From the NCBI GenBank assembly GCA_964460855.1, contig CAYWQH010000003.1, positions 69,410 through 125,579 on the forward strand: 56,170 bases of DNA, given 5' to 3'. Both the position numbers and the translations under genes were made by a program. A model generated the notes under the pieces. The model worked only from the letters and a program-made list of their open reading frames with translations, made no database searches and was not told the origin of the DNA. The stretch comes from an uncultured Candidatus Saccharibacteria bacterium. GTDB taxonomy: Bacteria; Patescibacteriota; Saccharimonadia; Saccharimonadales; UBA10212. Positions within the stretch are counted from its first letter, which is position 1; each line of letters begins with the position of its first letter. This document shows, one piece after another, positions 41,928 through 49,539 of this stretch.

Positions 41928-42607
41928 CCGCGTTTTTTAGCTGATGAGCTGTTGTTTTTAACGCGGGCGGGGCGGCTAAACTTTGGCCGGGCATCAGCCG
42001 GCGCGAATACCCAAACATATAGGTTCACGCCTAAAATTGCCCCCAATATGGGTCCGAAAACATAGCTGGCATCCCAGTAGCGCAGGCCCATGGCGATGGC
42101 CGGGTTCAAGATACCTTGCGACGCCACACTGGCAATTATGATGCCAGAAAACAAGGCGGTGGCCATAGTTGCCGCCCGGCTTAGAACTTCCATGCCATGG
42201 GTAACAGCCGCGGTAATACCAATTGTAAAAATAAATGTACCGATTAGCTCGGCTACTAACACTTTGGAATCATAAGCGCCGCCGTGGCTCGGCAAAGCCC
42301 GGCCGCTTAAATATTCGAAAAGCTGCCAGCCAACCAGCGCGCCCAAAAATTGGACGGCGATATAAGCGATTGCCTGGAAAGTTTGGATTTTGCGGGCCGT
42401 CCAAAAACCTAAAGTAACCGCCGGGTTAAAAAAGCCGCCCGACGACGGCGCTAAGGCCGTTTGTAAAAGCACGAAGGTTATGGCTACTGACGTGGCTACG
42501 AAATAAGATATAGCCGTAGCGTGGACCATCGTAATGGCCGCCATAGTTAAGATTGCCGTGCCGAGAAATTCCGCGACTAGCATGGCGATTTTTGTCCGTC
42601 CGAACAT
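41924..42607 (-). CDS. MIP-family channel (aquaporin/glycerol facilitator)
   Basis: 227 aa, six TM helices and two NPA boxes (FFNPAVT, ILNPAIA). Confidence 0.9.
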   Translation of the reverse strand: MFGRTKIAMLVAEFLGTAILTMAAITMVHATAISYFVATSVAITFVLLQTALAPSSGGFFNPAVTLGFWTARKIQTFQAIAYIAVQFLGALVGWQLFEYLSGRALPSHGGAYDSKVLVAELIGTFIFTIGITAAVTHGMEVLSRAATMATALFSGIIIASVASQGILNPAIAMGLRYWDASYVFGPILGAILGVNLYVWVFAPADARPKFSRPARVKNNSSSAKKRG

Positions 42608-42690
42608 CGGGAGAACCCTCCTTATTTAAGATATAGCTTTACTGTACTACCGCTTGGCTAAAAGGCAAAATATATTTTGATAATGCGGAT

Positions 42691-42724
42691 GCCGCGGACA
42701 AGGCCCGGAGGCCCCGCCCGCGGC
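42691..42724 (-). terminator. GC hairpin downstream of the 34-aa ORF (possible terminator)
   Basis: GCCGCGG(42691-42697)/CCGCGGC(42718-42724), a 7-bp stem with a 20-nt G+C-rich loop that has an internal GGCC/GGCC pairing. There is no U-tail. Confidence 0.35.
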
Positions 42725-42736
42725 CAGTGGCAGCTA

Positions 42737-42841
42737 CTAGAGTGCATGGTACCTGACTAGCGCCAGGACGAGCACGATGACGATGGCGACCACGATCGCA
42801 AGCAAAGGCTTGGCATCATCATACAACTCTTTTTCTTCCAC
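42737..42841 (-). CDS. Candidate 34-aa single-TM peptide (not in ORF track)
   Basis: My own translation: GTG-EEKELYDDAKPLLAIVVAIVIVLVLALVRYHAL-TAG. GGAGG lies 4 nt upstream. It has its own promoter-like element upstream and a GC hairpin downstream. Confidence 0.35.
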   Translation of the reverse strand: MEEKELYDDAKPLLAIVVAIVIVLVLALVRYHAL

Positions 42842-42872
42842 CGGTCCTCCAGTGTTGTAAAGAACAAGTATT

Positions 42873-42901
42873 ATTATGCTGGTTTAGTTAAATATCGTCA
42901 A
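42873..42901 (-). promoter_or_regulatory. Sigma70-like promoter TTGACG-17 nt-CATAAT (minus strand)
   Basis: Minus-strand reading: TTGACG (42901-42896), a 17-nt spacer, then CATAAT (42878-42873). It lies about 30 nt upstream of the small ORF. Confidence 0.4.
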
Positions 42902-42932
42902 GTAATTTACAGGGGTGATAATGATAACGTAT

Positions 42933-42960
42933 GGGGCGGCACCACGAATGGTGCCGCCCC
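42933..42960 (-). terminator. Perfect 11-bp GC hairpin after the secreted-protein gene
   Basis: GGGGCGGCACC(42933-42943), a 6-nt loop, then GGTGCCGCCCC(42950-42960), 9 nt after the stop codon at 42970-42972. Confidence 0.55.
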
Positions 42961-42969
42961 CGGAAGAAG

Positions 42970-43455
42970 TCAGATGACGTTGTCGCTGCCATCGGGTGCT
43001 TCGTCGTTGCCGGGATGTTTGTCTCCCGGCAAGTGGAGCCAACCGAAGTTGACCACACCCCCCATGACCTTCGCGTTGGCCACGAAACTGAGCGTGACGC
43101 GGCGCGCCAGGTTGCCAGCCGGCAGCCTGCGGAACACGCAGGTGTAGTTCGGCTGGTCGGGGTTGGGCTGCAACAGCAGGCATCGCAAATGCGACACCCT
43201 GATGTGGACGTCCGACGGCCTGGCGGCCGGCGGCAGCCACACCGATAGGGTGGCGACCTTAACGCTGTGCTGTCCGCGTTTGCGGATGACATAGTGCAGG
43301 GTCTGCGGCGTATTTACGTCGCAGGCGTCCGCGCACTCCGAGATCTCGCCCTTGTGCGGCCTGTAAGCCCCAAGATCGAACGACGAGGCCGAGGCAGCCG
43401 GAGCTGCCACGGCAAGGATGACCACGATCGCGAAAATGATCCGCTTGATGGACAC
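42970..43455 (-). CDS. G+C-rich secreted hypothetical protein (signal peptide, 5 Cys)
   Basis: The ORF track starts at TTG 43467. I prefer GTG 43455 because GGAGA lies 5 nt upstream. The resulting N-terminus SIKRIIFAIVVILAVAAPAASA-SS is a classic signal peptide. Codon third positions are strongly G/C. Confidence 0.6.
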   Translation of the reverse strand: MSIKRIIFAIVVILAVAAPAASASSFDLGAYRPHKGEISECADACDVNTPQTLHYVIRKRGQHSVKVATLSVWLPPAARPSDVHIRVSHLRCLLLQPNPDQPNYTCVFRRLPAGNLARRVTLSFVANAKVMGGVVNFGWLHLPGDKHPGNDEAPDGSDNVI

Positions 43456-43527
43456 TGAATTCTCCAAGATACAAGGCCGGGGAACCGGCCGGTTTGCCCA
43501 ATCACAAGTGTAATCAGGTTAAGTATT

Positions 43528-43556
43528 ATTATACTATATAATGCTTATGTTTGCAA
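43528..43556 (-). promoter_or_regulatory. Consensus-like promoter TTGCAA-17 nt-TATAAT (minus strand)
   Basis: Minus-strand reading: TTGCAA (43556-43551), a 17-nt spacer, then TATAAT (43533-43528). It lies upstream of the secreted-protein gene. A GGCCGG-GGAA-CCGGCC hairpin (43475-43490) sits in the 5' UTR. Confidence 0.5.
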
Positions 43557-43558
43557 GC

Positions 43559-44188
43559 TTATTTTGCTTGGTTAACAGATACGGCGCGCTTAAATCTTTC
43601 ACTAAATGTAAGTGGTTTATTGCCGGTACATGCCGCCGGATCCTTGCCGGCATCTTCCTTAACGGCGGTATGGGCTATGCTGTCGTATTGGGTCTTTATT
43701 GCGGCCTGGTCCTCGGAGCCATAACTTATTAGCAATGCGTCCTGGTCGCCAATTACTTTGCCGGCAATGGTGTCGACTTTTTGGCCGTTAAGAATAAAAG
43801 TTAAGTGCTTGCCGTCTTGGCCATCAACTAAAACCCGGTCATCAAGCGTCAGGGCTTTGTCAGATAAACCATAGCGCAGATTAGTGAAGAAATAACTCCA
43901 GGTAATGGCTGTGTCGTGGACGTGGATTACATCATTAACGTTATCGTGCATATGGGCCTTGGCGTGGGTATCGTTGGGACCGGCATTGTTACACGCCGTT
44001 TCTTCTTCATAAAATGTCGGACCTTCGAATTTTAAGCGTTGTCCGTCTACATAAACCGCGAAATTAGCGTGGTAGTGGGTCTGGTTATTGTTGGCTACCG
44101 CCATACGGATGCCGATAAAAATAATAATCGCCAGCATGGCCCCGCCGGCTACCAGCCCGCCCCAGATCAACCATTTCCGTCTCGCCAT
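43559..44188 (-). CDS. Membrane-anchored hypothetical protein with His-rich motifs
   Basis: 209-aa ORF with an N-terminal TM helix (WGGLVAGGAMLAIIIFIGI). His clusters: THYHANF and THAKAHMHDNVNDVIHVHD. Confidence 0.55.
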   Translation of the reverse strand: MARRKWLIWGGLVAGGAMLAIIIFIGIRMAVANNNQTHYHANFAVYVDGQRLKFEGPTFYEEETACNNAGPNDTHAKAHMHDNVNDVIHVHDTAITWSYFFTNLRYGLSDKALTLDDRVLVDGQDGKHLTFILNGQKVDTIAGKVIGDQDALLISYGSEDQAAIKTQYDSIAHTAVKEDAGKDPAACTGNKPLTFSERFKRAVSVNQAK

Positions 44189-44252
44189 ACAGCTAGTGTA
44201 GCAGGTGGCAGTGTATACTTAAAATAAGGAGTAAATCCAAGATTTAACAACT

Positions 44253-44507
44253 ATGAACAACCCAGCAACTGTCAAAGTTTTCAGCGCGCCGTGGTGTGGT
44301 TTTTGCCGGATGGCCAAAGAATATCTTAAAGGCAAAAAAGTACCCTTCGAAGAAGTGAATGTCGAGACCGACCAGGCCGCCATAATGTACGTAGTCAACA
44401 AGACCGGCCAGGCCGGCATACCGGTTATAGAAATAGGCGACGAAACCATAATCGGCTTTGACCGTAACCGCATAGACGGCGCCCTGCGCGACAAGAAATT
44501 AGTATAA
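44253..44507 (+). CDS. Glutaredoxin-like (NrdH/YruB-type) redoxin
   Basis: 84 aa. VKVFSAPWCGFCRMAKEYL contains a C-x-x-C active site. GIPVIEIGDE..IGFD is typical of the thioredoxin fold. Confidence 0.8.
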   Translation: MNNPATVKVFSAPWCGFCRMAKEYLKGKKVPFEEVNVETDQAAIMYVVNKTGQAGIPVIEIGDETIIGFDRNRIDGALRDKKLV

Positions 44508-44561
44508 GCAATAGCGTTGTAACTCTTTGACCGGACGCTATATATAGGGTATATTTACTAC

Positions 44562-45248
44562 ATGGGAGAGCTAATGGAAGCAGCCAAGCCGCATGATGAC
44601 ATCCAGCCTATAGAAACCGCCGACCAATCTATCGAAGCGGACGATATTTTGCATCCCGACTGGAGAATCAGCGACGGTACATTTAGCGTAAATAGTATAA
44701 GAGGCGAAGCAAAAAACGCATTAAAAGCTGCCATAAAACAGGCCCAGGACAGCGGCTTTACTCCCGAGGAACGAGCTTATAAATTATCAATCGTCGCTCT
44801 TAAAACAGTAGGCATTATCCCCAGCGACAAACAAGTAGAGGGGGAGATTGCCGAGCGCATAGCCATTGTCGCCCAAACCAGGGCATTAATGGGCCAAGCC
44901 ACTAGGGAAAATATACTAGGCGAACTTACTGATGATGATTTTCTGGAGCTGATGGCTAAAATCGAAACTGAAGCCAACCAGAGGTTAGCCCAGCTGACAT
45001 CCGATGTTAAGCGCGATGCTATCAAGAACGATATGGCTGAAACCATGGAGAAATTTTTAAGCTTATCCTACCCCGATCGCGAAACGGTAATGCGCAAAAT
45101 TGACCCCAATATACCGGTTATGCGGCTGCTTAATCTCATGAAAGAACCTGCCTTCGGCGGCGTTCCACTTAAGAACAGAGATATTATGCAGGGGTTGTTT
45201 GCCATGCGCTACGCTGTTAACGAAATAAATAATAACCAAACAGATTAA
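44562..45248 (+). CDS. Hypothetical protein
   Basis: 228-aa acidic, helical-looking ORF. No family recognised. Confidence 0.5.
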   Translation: MGELMEAAKPHDDIQPIETADQSIEADDILHPDWRISDGTFSVNSIRGEAKNALKAAIKQAQDSGFTPEERAYKLSIVALKTVGIIPSDKQVEGEIAERIAIVAQTRALMGQATRENILGELTDDDFLELMAKIETEANQRLAQLTSDVKRDAIKNDMAETMEKFLSLSYPDRETVMRKIDPNIPVMRLLNLMKEPAFGGVPLKNRDIMQGLFAMRYAVNEINNNQTD

Positions 45249-45258
45249 TATATAGCCA

Positions 45259-45828
45259 ATGGCGTTTGAGGGTTATAAAACAAAAAAGTCCGTGGTGGTA
45301 ATTTACACCGGGGAGGGCAAAGGCAAAACCAGCGCCAGCGTCGGGCTGATGGCCCGGGCCCTGGGTAATGGCTGGAAAGTAGCCTTTATCCAATTTATTA
45401 AACATTGGAACGTTGGCGAGCACGAATTCATTTATAAAATCCAGCCGGTGTTCGGCGACAAGCTGTTATTCCATAAAGGCGGCAAGGGCTTTTACCAGGC
45501 CGGCGAAATCAGCGCCAAAGACGTATCCGAAGAAGAACACAAACAGGTTGCCCAAGATACTTATAAACTAGCTTTAAAAGCTGCCACCAGTGGCGATTAT
45601 GACCTGGTAATCTGCGACGAAATCAATAACGCCGTCCACCACGGGTTAGTCAGCGTCGCCCAGGAAAAAGCCCTGATCCAAAAGCGGGCTAAAAAGACCA
45701 GCCTATGCCTGACCGGCCGTAATTATCCCGAAGAATTATTGAGCCTGGCCGATATTGCCACCAGCATGGAAAAAATCAAACACCACTTCGACAAAAAATT
45801 CCTTGCCAACAAAGGCATAGATTTTTAA
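45259..45828 (+). CDS. cobO: ATP:cob(I)alamin adenosyltransferase (CobA/CobO/BtuR family)
   Basis: 189 aa. YTGEGKGKTSASVGLMARALGNGWKVAFIQFIK, DLVICDEI, LTGRN..EELLSLAD and IKHHFDKKFLANKGIDF align well with my recollection of E. coli BtuR. Confidence 0.85.
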   Translation: MAFEGYKTKKSVVVIYTGEGKGKTSASVGLMARALGNGWKVAFIQFIKHWNVGEHEFIYKIQPVFGDKLLFHKGGKGFYQAGEISAKDVSEEEHKQVAQDTYKLALKAATSGDYDLVICDEINNAVHHGLVSVAQEKALIQKRAKKTSLCLTGRNYPEELLSLADIATSMEKIKHHFDKKFLANKGIDF

Positions 45829-46715
45829 GCTGCGATAGCTTCGTATTGTCGCATCTCGATTTGTCTGGCTAATATTTCGTCTTTATCGTCGAAACTTTTC
45901 TGGTCGGCAATAGCCCTGGCAGCTAATTGTTTTTGCAGCCGGTATTTACGCTGCGAGCGCGACTTGGCCGGCTGCGGAAGCTGGTCCAGTAGGCCGTCGG
46001 CCACCGGTACGGCATAGACTAACCTTGGGTCGGCCTCGGTCCTGGCTAATCGGTAAGGGCCAAAGCGGGTGGAAATTACGTAGGGGCTGATATTGTCCCA
46101 GCTCGGATCGGAAACTATGGCGTCCAGCCAATCAATTGTAGTTGGCCCATAAATCTGGCTGGCGGCAAAAGCATTTTCCAAGCTGTCGGCTTTAAGCTTT
46201 AAGACATTGTTGGCTTCTTTGGTTACGGCCCGCAGGTGGTTATCGTTGCAGCAAGCTGTGGAACGGCAGATATGGTCGACGTCTAGCTCCAGGCCCAGCT
46301 CTTCTACCGGCACGCCAGATTCAGCTTTAAGCCCATAATAGGATAGGCGGTGTAGGCGGATTGTGCCCGAGCCCCTAGTTATTCCTAGGTCATAAGCGGC
46401 CCGCGAGCTAGCCATAAAATAGCCGCGCGGATCGCGGCTGGTACGGTTGGTATCGTACCAGCAGCCGGTAGTTTTGCTGGCTTCCATGGCGCTGAAGATT
46501 TTGCCGAAATTGGGGCTGGTGCCGGCAACTTGTTCCAACCGGGCCGCTTCGTCGGCGGCCGGCGGCAAAACATCGCCAATGCAGTTTAAGACCGCGCCGG
46601 ATGCTTCCAGCGCCAAACCCCCGAGTAGTCCTTCGGCCGTCGGGTAATGCCAGTCGAGCGCTTCAATCTGTTCTGAGTATCTTTCTGAAGCCGCGTTTAA
46701 CTGGCTGGCTGGCAT
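45825..46715 (-). CDS. His-Me finger (HNH-like, homing-endonuclease-type) domain protein
   Basis: 296 aa. GCWYDTN...GYFM...RLHRLSYY...VDHICRSTACCNDNHLRAVTKEAN matches the phage-type His-Me finger zinc-loop pattern. The N- and C-terminal extensions are unrecognised. Confidence 0.6.
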   Translation of the reverse strand: MPASQLNAASERYSEQIEALDWHYPTAEGLLGGLALEASGAVLNCIGDVLPPAADEAARLEQVAGTSPNFGKIFSAMEASKTTGCWYDTNRTSRDPRGYFMASSRAAYDLGITRGSGTIRLHRLSYYGLKAESGVPVEELGLELDVDHICRSTACCNDNHLRAVTKEANNVLKLKADSLENAFAASQIYGPTTIDWLDAIVSDPSWDNISPYVISTRFGPYRLARTEADPRLVYAVPVADGLLDQLPQPAKSRSQRKYRLQKQLAARAIADQKSFDDKDEILARQIEMRQYEAIAA

Positions 46716-46824
46716 GCCATTTCCCCCTTACGTCCTGTCTGTCCTCATTCTACAAGCAATTCAAATAAACGTAAGCTGTTAAATTTGCAACGTAGCAGCC
46801 GCCGGCTGATTTATACTAGGTAAC

Positions 46825-47433
46825 ATGCAGTTGGAGGAAGAAGTAAGGTACGAAAAGCGGCGGCAAAAGTTTAGTTTGTTTATGGTTATAATCTTCGTGG
46901 TACTAGCCTTAGCGGTATATTACGCCGCCCAGCACCAGGGCGTTAAGCAGGTAGTCCAGCTGCCGGCCGTAAGCATGCCGGCTACGCCGGGTACTTACCC
47001 GGTAACCGAATTCGTCGACGGCGATACGATTGCCGTTAATATGGACGGCCGCAACGAAAAAGTCCGGCTAATAGGCGTGGATACGCCAGAAACCCACAAG
47101 CCAAAAACGCCGGTACAGTGTTACGGCCCGCAGGCCGCGGCTTATACCAAAAGTATTATTGGCAGCCACCGCGTCAAACTTGTGGCCGACCCGCTGGATA
47201 CCGACCGCGACCGCTACGGCCGGCTGCTGCGCTACGTTTATACCGACGATGGTACGTTTGTAAACGCTTCTTTGGTACAGGCTGGATACGGTTTTGCTTA
47301 CACCAACTTCCCATTCCAGAAAAAGCAGGAATTTGTTAGCGACCAATCGGTAGCTAAACAGATAGGCAAGGGGCTATGGAGCGCCTGCACGGTTACCAGC
47401 GATTCCAGCGGCCAGCACACCAATAGCCTGTAA
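46825..47433 (+). CDS. Membrane-anchored thermonuclease (staphylococcal nuclease-like)
   Basis: 202 aa with an N-terminal TM helix. Motifs: VDGDTIAV...VRLIGVDTPE...DRYGRLLRYVY. Confidence 0.85.
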   Translation: MQLEEEVRYEKRRQKFSLFMVIIFVVLALAVYYAAQHQGVKQVVQLPAVSMPATPGTYPVTEFVDGDTIAVNMDGRNEKVRLIGVDTPETHKPKTPVQCYGPQAAAYTKSIIGSHRVKLVADPLDTDRDRYGRLLRYVYTDDGTFVNASLVQAGYGFAYTNFPFQKKQEFVSDQSVAKQIGKGLWSACTVTSDSSGQHTNSL

Positions 47434-47847
47434 CTAGCTCGACGAGGTTTGCGGCTTAAACACCCAAAAGCGGTACCACGCGTAATTCCAGCCGGTAAAG
47501 AACAAAGCTGCTGCGAACAAACCGATATAAGGTGATACGCCTAAGGCCTTCAGGCCGCCGACAATTAAGTAATCAATCACGAAATTGATGGCAGTTATAG
47601 TTACATAGCGAGACAGCACCCGGCCTTCGTGCTTGTTTAGCCGGTTGTCATTAAAAGCCCAATACCTTTGCAAAAAGTAATTGAGTGAAAAGCCAACGAT
47701 ATCGGCGGCTAGTTTTGCGATGAACCAGTTGGTACCAATAACCGAGTAGCATAGGGCAAAAATGGCATAGCCGCTCCAAAACCAAACGCCGCCGCCAATC
47801 ATATATTCGATAAATTGCTTTAATAATTTATGTTGTGGCCAAGCCAA
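47434..47847 (-). CDS. GtrA-family membrane protein
   Basis: 137 aa and 4 TM helices, downstream of two GT2 genes on the same strand. Confidence 0.65.
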   Translation of the reverse strand: MAWPQHKLLKQFIEYMIGGGVWFWSGYAIFALCYSVIGTNWFIAKLAADIVGFSLNYFLQRYWAFNDNRLNKHEGRVLSRYVTITAINFVIDYLIVGGLKALGVSPYIGLFAAALFFTGWNYAWYRFWVFKPQTSSS

Positions 47848-47864
47848 TGGAATATCTACCCTTT

Positions 47865-48629
47865 TTATTGGCGCTTTTTATGGTGGCCGAACTGGTAATT
47901 TAGCGGGTCTTTTTCGATTTTAAAGCCATGGGTAAAACGATAAATTTCGTAATACGTGGACTGCCAAAAAACCCGTAAATTGCCGCCTTCGTGGAAACGG
48001 CGTAAATCGACATAGTAATAAGTTTCGTTGGTATAGCCAAATCCGCCGTGCCTACTTGCCCTCGAAACGTAATCGTAATCTTCGGCGACCCAAAGCTTTT
48101 CATCGAAGCCATTAAGACGGTTGAACAGGTCGCGCCGGGTCAATATACAAAAACCGGGGGCCACCGGGTGTTTGGTATGGGCCAGCAGGCGTAAATATAA
48201 ATGATGGATGCTGATGCCTATTTTCTCGCCAATCGACGCTTTGCGGGCTTTGAGCTTGGTGCTGGATGTATGCCAACCGCGTTTTTTAGTTTGGTGCAGG
48301 AGCGTGTCCATAAAGCCGGGGTCATCAATGTCGACGTCGGCGTCCAAAAACAGCAGCCATTCGCCGCTGGCCCGGGCGGCGCCGGTGTTACGGCCATTGG
48401 CCGGGCCTTTGGGTGGTGACTTAACTAAAATCAGGCTTAGTTTATTTTTAAAACTTTTAATGACTTCGTCGGTTCCGTCGCGGCTGTCGGCGTCGGAAAT
48501 AATAACTTCAAAATCCTGGAATCGCTGGCGGGTGAGGGCCGCTAACAACCGGTCGATGTATGTAGCCTCATTATAGGCCGGTATAACGATAGAAACTTCG
48601 GGCTTTTTAAGGGTTTTCAGCTCGCTCAT
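47865..48629 (-). CDS. Family-2 glycosyltransferase
   Basis: VSIVIPAYNEA, ISDADSRDGT and LDADVD motifs. 254 aa. Confidence 0.8.
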   Translation of the reverse strand: MSELKTLKKPEVSIVIPAYNEATYIDRLLAALTRQRFQDFEVIISDADSRDGTDEVIKSFKNKLSLILVKSPPKGPANGRNTGAARASGEWLLFLDADVDIDDPGFMDTLLHQTKKRGWHTSSTKLKARKASIGEKIGISIHHLYLRLLAHTKHPVAPGFCILTRRDLFNRLNGFDEKLWVAEDYDYVSRASRHGGFGYTNETYYYVDLRRFHEGGNLRVFWQSTYYEIYRFTHGFKIEKDPLNYQFGHHKKRQ

Positions 48630-49539
48630 ATTTGGCTGCCTGCCAGCGTAACTTACTTATTTGCATCCGTTCGTTTTCCGGGTCATACAGCCTCATGGCC
48701 GCCCCCACGAACGGGGAAGCACACACCAGCAAGCCGGTGGCCGGCCAAGCCAACAGGCCGCGCAAAAAACCATGGTAGCGCAAGGTTGTCGGCCATTGCC
48801 TCATGTAGCGGTAAACTTTAAGCGAACCTACCGTGGCGGCCCGCAATGATACGTCGGCCCAGAGCTCCGGCACAAAACGTATAGCCTCCGGGCCATATGT
48901 ATCGGCCATATGGATGGCGATATCCAAATCTTCCATAATATCGCGCTGGACGCAGGTGTATTTGGCGATTACCTGCCAGGCAGAGCGGCGGACGGCCATA
49001 TTCGAGCCCCACAGCATTTCATGCCCCAGCATAAACCGGTTGAATCTTACAGCGAGGTAGTGCCTGAATTGCAGCCCGAACTCTTTGGCCGGGGAGTCGT
49101 AAAAATAGCCGGTGCCGGTAATGGCCTGGGTTTTATCGTCGGTGAAAGCAGCAACCATCGTTTCTACCCAATTATCCGCAACCCGGGTGTCGGCATCTAT
49201 CCGGGCAATAATGTCGCCCTTAGCGGCGGCAAAGCCGGCATTGCGGGCAGCTATCAGGCCGGGCTTATTTTCTTTGATAATCCTGACGGCGGCATAGGTT
49301 TTGGCAATGTCGGCGGTATTGTCGCGGCTATTATTGTCAACCACTATTATTTCTAACGGTAAAACAGTTTGGGCTCGCAGGGCGGCTAAGCAGGCGCCGA
49401 TCGAGCCGGCTTCGTTATAACAGGGAATAACCACCGTCACAGACGCGTTTTTTACTTGTTTCACAAGTATAAGTATAATACATCCATAAGCATTAGTAAT
49501 ATGGTAAAGGACGCCTAAAAATAGTGCCGTCTGCTGCAA
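48607..49539 (-). CDS. Family-2 glycosyltransferase
   Basis: VTVVIPCYNEAG, VVDNNSRDNT and RIDADT motifs. The start is uncertain because the first ~25 aa look like read-through. It overlaps the next GT2 gene by 23 nt. Confidence 0.8.
   Translation of the reverse strand: MQQTALFLGVLYHITNAYGCIILILVKQVKNASVTVVIPCYNEAGSIGACLAALRAQTVLPLEIIVVDNNSRDNTADIAKTYAAVRIIKENKPGLIAARNAGFAAAKGDIIARIDADTRVADNWVETMVAAFTDDKTQAITGTGYFYDSPAKEFGLQFRHYLAVRFNRFMLGHEMLWGSNMAVRRSAWQVIAKYTCVQRDIMEDLDIAIHMADTYGPEAIRFVPELWADVSLRAATVGSLKVYRYMRQWPTTLRYHGFLRGLLAWPATGLLVCASPFVGAAMRLYDPENERMQISKLRWQAAKYERAENP

Noticed and set aside
42884-43505. Five additional overlapping ORFs (42884..43240-, 42888..43292-, 42931..43248+, 43259..43501-, 43314..43505-) in the G+C-rich patch
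   Set aside because: These are typical stop-poor shadow frames of high-GC DNA. Only 42970..43455/43467 has a signal peptide, an SD and a promoter/terminator context.
43541-43732. 63-aa plus-strand ORF downstream of a plus-strand TATAAT-like box
   Set aside because: It overlaps the 3' end of the better-supported minus-strand gene 43559..44188, and its sequence is unconvincing. The A+T-rich box is better explained as the minus-strand promoter of the secreted-protein gene.
45259-45828. P-loop protein next to nucleases, considered as a defence-system NTPase
   Set aside because: The sequence aligns along its whole length with the BtuR/CobO adenosyltransferase family, so a metabolic role is the economical call.
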